This document shows positions 52,404-64,000 of a DNA stretch of 64,000 bases, in pieces. Position 1 is the first letter of the stretch. Each line of letters begins with the position of its first letter. The notes under the pieces are model-generated. The model was not told the DNA's origin and ran no database searches. It worked only from the letters and a program-made list of their open reading frames with translations. Made by a program: the position numbers and the translations under genes. Source of the stretch: Camelus dromedarius (Eukaryota); assembly GCF_036321535.1 (NCBI RefSeq), contig NC_087436.1, positions 93,374,001 through 93,438,000 of the forward strand. The letters are read 5' to 3'.

Positions 52404-53635
52404 TCACGTCTGAACAGCAACAGCTCAAAATGAAAGCTTCCAGGGGACAGTATCACTAAGGCCTGTTAATGCCCAAAGTTCACCCTGACGGACTTTAAAC
52501 TTTCCATTAAATTTGAGGCAAGAGGGGGGAAAAAAATGAAGTGATGGGAAAGACAATGACCCACATCACAGATCTGGCCTCAGAAACTTTGATTCCTTTA
52601 TTACTTCTACCAAACTCTCTGCTTCCGCCACCTGTGCCTGGTTTTGACAAGAAAACTGCCCTCTTGGCGCTCTTTCCCTCAAATCCAAAGACCAAAGATT
52701 GACTTCTCTGCCATAAGGGAAAAGTTCTAACAGAAACTTTCAGAGACATTTTTTTTCCAAGTAAACATTTTACACAACAGGCTTAAAATTTAAATACCTG
52801 GTATTCCAGTATGATGGATTCTTACAAACTCAAGGAATGATGTGTGTTACTAATTCTAAGGGCCCAGATTACAAAGACTGGCACTAGAAAATTGAGCCCT
52901 ATGTTATTTGCCAAATTCTAGGGTTTAAATGCCTTGCGATCAGAACATCCATCACTGTGTCCAATTTGTAAAAAGTCCAGTGGAAAGAGTCCCATCAACA
53001 ATACTAAGTGTAAGACCTTTAAGAAGACAGTGGATACTGTGACAAAGAACAGTCATGGAACATCAGCTCCCAAGGTCTAACAATCAACTCAATAGTGAGT
53101 TTTGGTCCTTAAGAAGCATCAACCACACCAGTTTTGTTCCTGCTTTGGAACCACTCAGAAAAACTATAGAGGATCTAGAGTAACATCTACATATTTAATT
53201 CTATCAGAATTTTTAATATATTGATATTCCAAACCTGCCTGCCCCAGATCCACCCTCCTTTAGGACCCACGGTGCAGATTAATACTAAGGGTGTGCCTCT
53301 AAAGACAACAGCCATTCGCTACACAGACAACAGCCGGTGACCTGATTCACTCAAGTTTAAGATGCTTGGGTTAAGTTTATGTATTTTCTCACCACTTAAT
53401 AGTTAATTCAGGATATAGTTTTGTCAACCTAAAACATCTCTAACCATACAGAACCAGCCTTACTTAGGATAAGAATTTTCACTAATTAAGATGCTGGTTT
53501 ATATTCAGCTAATTGTAAATAAGATTCTAATTAGGTTTTTTTTTTTTTTTAACAAAAAGGTTTTACCTTCCCACACCTCATAAATTCCACTCACACACAG
53601 TTTTAGGCGCCCTACTCGGAGCGCATGTTATGGAG

Positions 53636-54085
53636 CAGTCAGACCTCATGTTACTGCCCTTCACTTTATCGTGCTGCACTGAAGGTTTGTGGCAATCCTG
53701 CATGGACCAAGTCTACTGGAACCATTTTTCTGGTAGCATTTGCTTACTTCTTGTCTCTATGTCACATTTGGGTAATTCTCACAATATTTCAAACTTTTAT
53801 TATGTTTGTTACGATGACCCGTGTATCAGTGATCTTTGATGTTACTATTGCAAAAAGACTGACTCACTGAAGGCTCAGATGACGGTCAGCATTTTTAACA
53901 GTATTTTTAATTAAGGAATGTGCTTTTTTTTTTTCAGACATACTGCTTAATAGACTACAGTATAGTGTAACCATAACTTCTATATGCACTGGGAAACCAA
54001 AAAATCCCAAAATTCGCTTTATTGTGATACTTGCTTTATTGTGGTGGTCTGGAACCGAACCCACGATATCTCTGAGGTGTGCCTG
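53636..54085 (+). mobile_element. Internally deleted Tigger1-like (TcMar) element in UCHL1 intron 8
   Basis: TIRs cagtcagacctc / gaggtgtgcctg + TA; tgaaggtttgtggcaatcctgc and tcgctttattgtgatacttgctttattgtggtggtctggaaccgaaccc are Tigger1 end sequences. Confidence 0.85.
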
Positions 54086-54404
54086 TATTATTGGTATACT
54101 GTTAGATATGAGTTAATAATGCACCTTAGAAGCTTCTGTAGAAGAGTCTTTTTCTCCAAGTAGGTCATAACCAGAAGTTCTGCCTCTGTTCTCTCTCCCA
54201 TAAGTGAATCCTGACTCTCCTGCAAATCCCCACTATTCTCATCACCCCTGTATATCTAACAGTTAGCTCTAATTGATCTCAGGTGTATCTGACAGCAGAC
54301 TAGAGAAAGTGACCCTCCCTCCTAGAGGGCATAATCTGGTCCACTCGCACCTTGAGGTCATCATGTCCATGATGCTTCCAAAACAGGTCTATTATAAAGA
54401 CAGG

Positions 54405-54790
54405 TAGTATTATGCAGTGGTAAGAGCAGACTCTAGAGACAGACTGTCCAGATTTGAACCATGGATCTACAGTTTGTCATTGACCTTGGGCATCACTTAC
54501 CTCTGCACCTCAGTTTCCTCATCTGTAAAATGTGAATAATAATTAACTACCTCTTAGCATCCAGCACAGAGTCAGCAAACTGCAGTCTGTGAGTCAAATC
54601 TAGCCTGCTGCCTACTTTTGTGAACAAAATTTTAGTGGAATACATCCATACACATTCACTGAGACATTGCCCATGGGCTGCTCTGGAGCTATCACAGCAG
54701 AACTGAATACTTGCAACAGAGCCCATATGCTACACAAAACCTAACTGAAATATTTCCTGGCTCGTTGCAGAAAAAGTTTGCCAACCCCCA
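54405..54790 (+). mobile_element. MIR remnant followed by MER58-like MITE (intron 8)
   Basis: gtggtaagagcagactctagag...cctcagtttcctcatctgtaaaatg; cagagtcagcaaact...gaaaaagtttgccaacccc. Confidence 0.75.
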
Positions 54791-55522
54791 GTCTGCACAC
54801 AGGAAGTGTGCAAAAAAAATGTAGCTGTTATTATGACAAATGAAGTAGTTATATCAACACCATTTTTTATTCTATCACAATGAAGAATTTTCCTTTATAA
54901 CAGCAAATTGATTCAACTCTAGAGATTTGTTTTTAGGGTAAAGAGGACTAGTATTTTACTTAGAGAGGTTTCTGCAGTCACTTGTACCAGGATGGTTACT
55001 CAGCGACCCTAGATCTTAAAGTTCTTGTCAGGCATGTTCTGAATTTGCTTCTCTTGACCTGTAACAGTGGATCACGTGGGAAGAAAAATCTCATGAAGTT
55101 AACTGCCCAACCAGAATCCACAGTATCCTACAAGACTGACCCACATCCAGCAGTCAGAAAGGGAATAGGATAGGCTCGGGTTGCTGTTCTGAGTCCAAGT
55201 CACTGGCTATGATGTAATTAGCCAAGAGGACAATGGTCACCTTAATCCCACAAAGAAGTCAGCAATGGCTTTCAGGCTCATTTTAAGTGTGACCTAAAGA
55301 CAGCACATGCAGATTATTCAGGGCTGCTGTAAAGGACCCTGCCTAAAACCATCTGCTGTAAGATAAGGTAGATAGAATTACTAAGATGATCTTTAAGCCC
55401 TAAAAAGACTGCTCTTAACCCAGATGATTGGTGCCAGCCGTACCGAAAAAGGTTTGCACTTTAGAATAGACAATTTGGCTGAAGAAATGTGGGCCTTAGT
55501 GGAAATGGATTCCAAAGATTAC

Positions 55523-55581
55523 CTGCAGCAGTGAGTCCTCAGAACTGGTGCCATGATTCACCGGAAAAGGCATCCGTCCAT
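55523..55581 (-). CDS. UCHL1: UCHL1 exon 8
   Basis: tag|AT GGA CGG ATG...CAG|gtaat: (D)GRMPFPVNHGTSSEDSLLQ; 59 nt; completes catalytic Asp176. Confidence 0.97.
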
Positions 55582-56483
55582 CTAGAACAAAAAAGAGAAG
55601 CACGCCAGTTTTCTCTGCACGTTAGCTGGCTACCGTGCTTGTCCACCTTAAAGGGAAGCTTTAGATTCTTCCAAATACCACTGACATTCCCACACAGGGA
55701 AGGCTGGTTATGAAGCAACAGGCTGGAAATGAGGTTCAAGTGTTCCTAAATATCCATCCCAGGCAATTCTAGTGTATAAGCACCAAGACCGTATCAGCCC
55801 AAGCTAACTACCCTAATAGAAGGGCTGGTGCCCATCTTGGGAAAGACCACAGAGCAAAAGTCAGATGCAGTGTCTGAGGTACAGGGAAGGTGGAGGCAAG
55901 GAAAAGGGATCCTTGAGATTTCATTTGCCCCTCAATGACTGCTAACTGGCCCCAAGTTTTCTTTGCCCTCGCTTGCCCATAGGTAATATCTTTATTTGAG
56001 ACAACACAGCTGCCTTTCTCCATTAATACAAAGCAGATGATTCTTCTTAATATAAAGATGGATGATCCTTCTTGTTGCCACACACCAGCCAACAGAAATT
56101 ACTCCAACACGTCCAAATTCTTTTTACACAGCCAGGTCATGTTTAGGCATTTATCTTTTCCCAAAAGTATTCCTTGTCTGAAAAGGATGATGGCAGAAAC
56201 CCTGTACTGGTGATGCTATAGCAGAAGGTGGAAAGAGAAAATCTGAATACATACACCTTGAACTTGCTGATCAATTCTCTTTACTGGTTTGTGACTAAGA
56301 TTATTCGTTCCACAGGTCAGCTGCCTGAGGGAGGTGCTCCAGGTATGATAAGGGGTTAGGGGCCCCACAAGAATACACTGCTGTTCTGGCTTTATAAGCA
56401 AAGACCTACTAAGCACCACCATAAAGTCACACACCAATACTGTAAGAGGAATTATGTCTAAGAGAATGCATGCAGCTATATTA

Positions 56484-56693
<210 letters not shown>

Positions 56694-57413
56694 CTACAAC
56701 CTGCTGGTTCGATACACATATTTTGCAATATCATTTTTATAAGCGGAACTTAATTTGTTAAAAATAAATTCTCTAAATGGAATATGCTTGAAGTGACTTG
56801 CCTGTTTTTTAAATTATTGCTAATATTTGTTTCCTATATAATAGTCCCTATTCTAAGACCATGAAAGAAGACATTCTGTAACTCTCAGAACTCTATGGCT
56901 TGCTTTTTACTGGAGAAATTAAGGCTTAGGGAGCATAAGCACCTCACACAAGGTCAAGACCAGAAAGCGGCAGAGCCAACTGTACTTATATAAGCACTGT
57001 CACCGGCTTAAATCTAACAGCTGACAGGAAGGCTCTGTTCAGATTAATGGTACATTTAAGTTGTCCAGAAAATGTTAGTCCTTACTGGTATATCTTACTC
57101 TCCAACAATCCATGAGGAGAGTACTTGAAATGTTCCATTATGAAGAGGGATGTTACTCACTCTATTAGACTCATTTGGATCTAAATAAAACACCATCAGC
57201 TTGAATTTACTCAAGCTGTGTGAACCACCAATTAAATATTCTGATGAGCCATTTTTACGACCAGGTGTGGTCAACGCCATTATTCTGGCAAAATTTTCTA
57301 GCGTTACTCGGCCTTGGATGAAAGTATTTGCTGGGTTCCATGAGAGACTGTTGAACACAGTTCAGGGGAAACACAGGTGACACACAGGCAGCCTGGCTCT
57401 AACGTGCATTTAC

Positions 57414-57461
57414 CCGACACTGGCCCTCCTGTGCCACAGCATCATGAGCTGCCTGGATGGC
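57414..57461 (-). CDS. UCHL1: UCHL1 exon 6
   Basis: cag|GCC...CGG|gtaaa: AIQAAHDAVAQEGQCR; 48 nt. Confidence 0.97.
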
Positions 57462-57521
57462 CTGCAGAAAGGAGAGTAATTAGCACAAAAACCTCAAGAG
57501 TTATTGAAAAAAAAAAAATCA

Positions 57522-57632
<111 letters not shown>

Positions 57633-58757
57633 TTAAAAAAAAACAGCATATATTAGTATAGGTGTGACGCAAATGGATACACATTTATTGCTGACTTAAG
57701 CCATCGCATTTGACGTCTGATGACCTGAATTTTTACCACAGCCTCCTAGGGTGTGGATAAGCTGTCCATCCTTCCCTGGCCTCTTCTTCCAACCGCTCCC
57801 TTCTCACTGCACCCAAGCCAGAGAACTCTCTGTTCCTCCAGTGCCAAGCTCTTCCTCCCATCTCCTTCCTGCCACCCGACCCCTTCGCCTCCCACTGTAC
57901 CCTCACCTCTCAAATCCCTCACCACCTCGGCTACAGCACTTACCCACTTGTGACACATATTTTGAGATTTTTGGTGCCATAAAGGCAGGCACTTTTGTCT
58001 ACTGCTGTTATCTGCAGCACCTAGCAATGCACAATTAATGTTCACTACATACATGATGTAATAGTAGCATTCTAATCCAGTAACAGTTCACAAACCAAGA
58101 TTTTTTTTATTTCAGACTAGAAAATACGATCTTAGTAATATCGTTATCCAGCAGACATTAACCTAAAGATCTTAAATAGACATGCAAAGAGCTAACAGTC
58201 TGGCCTAGACACAACTGCCCGGCTGATGGCTGGCACCAGCATTTTGGCACTGCTCTGGGTGGATGAGTCTAGGAGATACTGAATACCTAGCTAGGGCGAG
58301 AGCAACTTGCATTTTAATAGGCCTCAGTTTGAACTTTCAGCCCTAAATTCAAAATTTGGAAGTTATAGGAATCCTCTTAACTTTATGAGGAGGGTTATGA
58401 CTCAGATGAAGTCTTCGGCACCCTCATGACCGTGTTTACAAGAGTTACAGTACTCTGTGACTCAGGAACAAGTAACCTAAACATGATACTCAATACAGAA
58501 GAAATAAAAAGGATCAAGCTACAATTTTTTAATATGGCTCAGTCGAATCAATTTTTGGAAAAGCAACTTCTAGATCAGGATTTTTATGGCCAGACAAGCC
58601 TCTTTTTTTTTTAAATTTCAAAAGTGTACCACAAGTAGAGCCTTGGCCACACTTCCCTTGTGTGTGTGCTTTAAAGAGCATTTGACCTGCTACAAGCCCT
58701 ACATGGACTGTTAGTTGAAGGTATTCAGTACTCAGCCACCCCCATTCATTGCCTAAA

Positions 58758-58942
58758 TCAGGAGTTGGCAAGCTACTGCCACCTATTTTTGTAAATAAAG
58801 TTTTATTGGGATGAAGTGATATCTCTCACTTTACATCTTGTGTATGGCTGCTTTTGTACTACGAGGGCAAAGACCATATGGCCCTCAAAGCCTAAAAGAT
58901 TTCCCCGCTGGCCTTTTAAGAAAGTTTGTTGACCCACGGCCT
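58758..58942 (+). mobile_element. MER58-like hAT MITE (intron 4)
   Basis: caggagttggcaagcta...tttttgtaaataaagttttattgg...aagaaagtttgttgaccc. Confidence 0.75.
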
Positions 58943-59582
58943 AAATTACACACAAGGCCATATATTTTAATACATTTTGGTGCTGTTAACTGTGCTTCTG
59001 ACAACTTAATCGCTGAGACTCGTCTCTTCTGTACCCCCCACAGCATCCACTGGAGGTGAGCTAAAACCCCTGGCCCGCCTCTGTTCACAGCTGGATCTCT
59101 TGGGGATTCGGCAGGCTGCTATGCCTCCCTGCAGAAACTCTCCCACTGTGTCCAGCTGCTCTAGGCCACTTCGGTTCTCCTATTGCTTATGAGGCACAGC
59201 GCCATAAAGACAGGACCTAAGAGCAGATATTTTATGGCTCAACATCATCTCTAATCCTTCAGAATTGCTGAGAATAAAACAGGAGCACGTGAGAAACACG
59301 AAGGCTGCTGTCTGCATGTGGAAGAGTCCAGGCAGGGAGCAGCGCACAACTGCGTTATCACCTGCTCTGCCTTCCCAGGTGGAGGACGTCACACCCCGCT
59401 TCTTGGAAAACTGACTTTCCTTTCCTCAAGAGAGAGGAACGATGAGAATTCACCCACTGATTCTATCTGTGTGGGTAGGTTACAAAAAAACTTAAGGCCA
59501 CAATTTACTGAATAGCCCCTTAGGGGTGCTGGAAGGAAGCATTACAGTTAACCAGAGGTCAACCAGAGGATGACTGGTTTCA

Positions 59583-60068
<486 letters not shown>

Positions 60069-62521
60069 TCACACTAACAATGGCTATTTTTCACACAGGC
60101 ATTCCAATCAAGCTTTGGTCAACTGAACACCCAACAAGAACATCAGCTAGTTTATAGCTCACTGTTCTTCTATTCTGTCCAAGTATACGTGTCTTCAAAA
60201 ACAAAACAAGACTTAACTACAGAAAGGAGCAATTTAAAGAAATTAACTATTCCCTCATCCGTCTTTAGAAAGGAAAGACAACTGGTCCAGTGTGCTGGGC
60301 TGTGACTTCACAAAAACTCCTCATCCTACAAGAGGAAGATGTGACTTGTTTGTTTCTGCCAAATATACAGTTTGAGGAGAACAGAGGTAGTTTTGCTCAA
60401 AGCATCATTAGCTCTCTGTAATTTAGTGGACTTGTGTGGCCCTTTCACTAACAGTTTTAAAAACCTTAGAGGCATGACTTCTCAGTTAAAGGCAGGGTGC
60501 TGATGCTATAGAAACACCAATTTCTTATAATCAGTATAAATCAGACAGAACCCCTGAAGTACATACATCTCCAATTCGAGAACCTTGCATCACTGTATGT
60601 GGAACTGAAGTTTAAGCCTGTGTCTGTGGTACCACTCAAGGAATAAGCTCTCTTGTTCCACAAGATCAACTTTAACTCCAACCAGGAGGTAAAGTTTCAG
60701 CATCATATACCCACCCACTGGACCCCTGAACTGAGTTACTCATCAACAAAGGTTTTCTCTTTTCTAAGGTTTAACTTTTTATAATGGGGTAGCATCATCC
60801 TTTAGAGCCATTTGAGCTCTTGCCTGGAGACACTTCTGTGCATATTTCATGATTGCTTAAAATGTTTCAGAAGTAGTTCATTTAGGATTTCATAATATTC
60901 TCTTAGACAGAATTAGATGCTTTCTACATTAACATAAGCTCGTTTGGAAGTCAACCTATAAACCTCAACCGTTCTTTGAATTTGCTTCAGTATTTAGCTT
61001 GTGTCTCAGAACAGGTGTTCAATAAATCTAAGGGACTGAACTGGAGCTAAAGGACAAAGTATCGAGTGCTTTCAAAAACAAAACATTCAAGCTAGAATGT
61101 TCTCTAAGCAAGAGCAGCTTGATCCAGCACAAGACCAGTGGGGTTTTGCAAGATAAACACGGTGCACCACTGCCTCCCAGAGGCCTTGCCTTCGAGTGCT
61201 CTGCTCAAAAACCTCCGAGTCATCATGGTTCCTCTAACAAGAAAGCTCTGTGAGAGGCTCACATGAGAGAGACAAAATTGCGTTTGATTTGACCAAAAGG
61301 GAAGCTAATTTGACTAGCAATTATTTAGCAGCTCCATTTTCACCTAAAGTAAAGGCTTTGCAATAAAAAAGGTCAGTGGGATTATCCTAATAGCTTTAAT
61401 GTGTTTTAACCAACAATACTTAGCCCATTTTCTGGGAGGTGCACCTGGAACTTCCCACAGGGCTTAACTACTGAGGATGCTTCTAGAATACCCAGCCTTA
61501 GGATAGTACTTCAGTTAAGCTCACTCTGCGTTTGGAACAATGCCTCATATGCTAATGCCCCAAGTTTGGCTAAAGCAAATTTCAACCACTCCTAAATCAG
61601 GGCTCAAGTGACAGCAACTGGAGTAGGCAATGCCATGCTAATTAGTGGGACTCCACGCATCCAAGAGATGGATCATCCCAGCTACCTTTTTATATCCGAA
61701 GCTCAGTGTTTGAGGTACATATATCCATGCACATTTATTTATAGGAGGAAGACCACCTAAAGGGAAATGAAAAGGTATTTCCAAGACTGGACTAAATACC
61801 CACCTATTTCACTTCTACAAGGTCAGAGAGGAAAGAAGTCAAGAGAGATAGGGGGCTCCCACACAGGAACCATACACAAATGATTAAGCTTTTTAGAAAA
61901 GCACATTGGAGAGGCTAAAAACCAAGTCTGCATATTGTGGGGAGTGGAGGGGTGGGAAGAAACCCTTGAGTCCACTAAAGACCCAGGCAGTGGAGGTAGA
62001 GAATTTTTATTCTCTAAGAACCTATTGCTTTCTTGTGGTTTAGGCAAGCCCACCCCCCCCCCCCATTTTTTTTTTTTTTTTTTTTTTTACAGCAAGGTGG
62101 GAGTCTGAGAACCAAACAATAAAATGACAGATCATAGCCCTTAGAGGAAAACAACCAGCCATCCCTTGGAGTGGAAGGCTCAGAAAAGCCGAGGTTCAAG
62201 CTGCACTCATGAACAGGATGAACTGTCTTCCTGGATAACTGGCATAACGGAACAGAGATGCTGCTTCTCCTCCAAATTTAAGGCAATGCTGGATGGATGA
62301 GCGAGGAGGCGATAAACTCTTATTACCACAGGACCCCCAGTGAGTTGATACCCTGCAAGTGCGAGTTTCTCCCTCTATCCCCCACAAGAACAGGGAACTT
62401 TACCAGGTCTGGGCGCCCAGGCCAGGACGGGAGTGGGGCCTACACTGTCCTCACAGCCTCACTCGGCTTTGGGGAAGCGCGCACAGTCCAGGGCCTGTGC
62501 ACCCCAGGCCCCACGCCCTAC

Positions 62522-62650
62522 CTGGGCGGTGAGGGGAAAGAGCAGCAGCAGGGCGCAGGCAGGCGCTGGCACCGAGCCCAGAGTCTCCTCCTCCAGTCCC
62601 AGCACGTCCGCGAAGCGCCACTGGCCGGTAACCCCCAGCCGGGTCAGCAC
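62522..62650 (-). CDS. UCHL1: UCHL1 exon 3
   Basis: cag|GTG...CAG|gtagg: [43 protein letters not shown]; 129 nt. Confidence 0.98.
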
Positions 62651-63109
62651 CTGCGGAGAAGAAATAAGGCGGCCAGGCGCGGAGACCCGCAAGTGGCAGA
62701 GAGGCAGGGCGGGCTCGGATCCTCGCGCCCCGACCCGGGCCTGGGAGGAGCCCCCGCCCCCAACCCGAGCCGGCGCAATGACACAGCACAAAGCGCAGCC
62801 CACACGTGGCTCCTGCGACGCCCGGGCACTCGAGTCCGCGGGGCGCGCGCCACGCCCTCGGGAGCTCGGCCCCGGGCTCGCATCTGGGCGAAGCCTCCTC
62901 CATCCCATCCCCAACTGGTTTCACAGTCACCGCCGCCTCCGATGCAGAGGCAGAGGCAAAGGGAGGGCGCCCCGGCCGCGCCCCAGCCCCACCGCCTCTC
63001 GACCACGCAGGGAGCCGCTCTGTCCTTGCGAAACAGCGGGAGCGGGTGGGCGCCTTTTCCTCGGCTCTCCCGGGGGAGGGGGATGGAGGCAGCGTGAGAC
63101 GTCACTCAC

Positions 63110-63121
63110 TTTGTTCAGCAT
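63110..63121 (-). CDS. UCHL1: UCHL1 exon 2 (12-nt microexon)
   Basis: ttcag|ATG CTG AAC AAA|gtgagt: MLNK. Confidence 0.95.
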
Positions 63122-63237
63122 CTGAAAGGCAAATGCAAAGAAAAATACAAAAATAAAACCACTCCGAGATACAGCTACCTGAGGGAAGCTGACCCTCGGC
63201 CCCACGCTCCCCAGATAACGATGCACCTGACCCTCAC

Positions 63238-63270
63238 CTCGGGGTTAATCTCCATTGGTTTAAGCTGCAT
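63238..63270 (-). CDS. UCHL1: UCHL1 exon 1 (coding part); ubiquitin C-terminal hydrolase L1
   Basis: ATG CAG CTT AAA CCA ATG GAG ATT AAC CCC GAG|gtgag: MQLKPMEINPE. All nine exons sum to 672 nt = 223 aa + stop. Confidence 0.98.
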
Positions 63271-64000
63271 CCTCGCGAACCTTGAAAGGAGTCACGACCC
63301 AGAGAAGAGGAAAAACAGCGAACGGAGCCGCCCAGTCTGCCACTATAAAGCGCCGGCCTGACGCACTGTGGGTGCCTGCGCGGGGGGAGCAGGGGCAAAA
63401 CCAAGCGAGGGGAAACGGTCAGTCGCAGCCAAATGGGCACGAACCCCCCCATGCGCCGCGCGGAGTGGTACAGCCAAGCCCCCAAACCTTGCAGTCTCAC
63501 TTGCTGGTGAGATAATCTGGCGGTTGTGGAGATGGGTTTTGTTGGTGGGTGTTCCCTGAATGTGTGGAGCAGTCCTTTTGATGGAGTCTAATTTTTTGCG
63601 AAGTTTCTGGAAACCCACGCTTTGGACCGTCCTAATTACCCGAAAGCTTAGGGGGTCTCTGAAGCATGGAGAAAAATCCCAAATTCAACAGGTATATATT
63701 TAATACGAATATAAATATATGTCTCCCCAGTCCAGCAGCAGTTTGCATTTGACCTTAGACAATTCATCCTCCATGTTAAATCAAACCAGCGCCGAGGTTC
63801 GTTTTTAATTGACTGCCTAGAATAAAACATAGTCTGAAATATAGCAGATATTCTATTAGTAATGCTGATGTAATGTGACTCCCAGGGAAGAACTGGTTGG
63901 TCTTGGGGAAACGGTGGAGACCTGGGGGATGTGACTGTAATACAACACACAGAGAAGGCAGGCTGTCAGAGACTTTAGGAAACAGGTCCAGGGAAAAGAC

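Larger units (their letters stand above)
62400..63480. promoter_or_regulatory. UCHL1: UCHL1 CpG island / promoter (exons 1-3)
   Basis: High GC and CpG; TATA-like ctataaag at 63343-63350 and a TGACGCA CRE/AP-1-like site at 63359-63365. Confidence 0.88.

Noticed and set aside
62640..62662. REST/RE1-like sequences (GTCAGCACC-tgc-GGAGAA here; a TTCAGCACC half-site near 40560; TTCAGCATC in exon 2)
   Set aside because: Half-sites only, or wrong spacing and a poor right half; no canonical 21-bp RE1 found by eye.
62297..63226. Long ORFs on both strands (up to 266 aa) over UCHL1 exons 2-3
   Set aside because: Low-complexity, GC-driven open frames; only the exon 2 and exon 3 segments encode recognisable protein.

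Overview
Mammalian genomic DNA, very likely a camelid (two tRNA-Ala-like vic-1-type SINEs). It contains the complete 9-exon UCHL1 gene on the minus strand (CDS 63270 down to 52293; I assembled the exons by hand into 672 nt, i.e. an intact 223-aa protein, with GT-AG introns and a polyA signal at 51985-51990). The left end holds the CpG-island promoter and first coding exon of LIMCH1, also on the minus strand (CDS 803 to 708). The roughly 50 kb between the genes is mostly transposon debris (L1, L2, MIR, MaLR/ERV LTRs, hAT and Tigger fossils). I see no prokaryote-type system and cannot honestly claim a wholly new pathway. The most unusual element is an unrecognised, strongly CpG-retaining 386-bp solo-LTR-like insert (31790-32175) with YY1/NRF1-like motifs, next to a second solo LTR; both point toward LIMCH1. 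Other leads are an outward-facing TATA and donor sites at the UCHL1 promoter (possible antisense/SINEUP-type lncRNA), a MEF2/CACCC module in the LIMCH1 promoter and a CRE cluster at about 45.1 kb. Repeat family names are from recollection of consensus sequences, not a database search.
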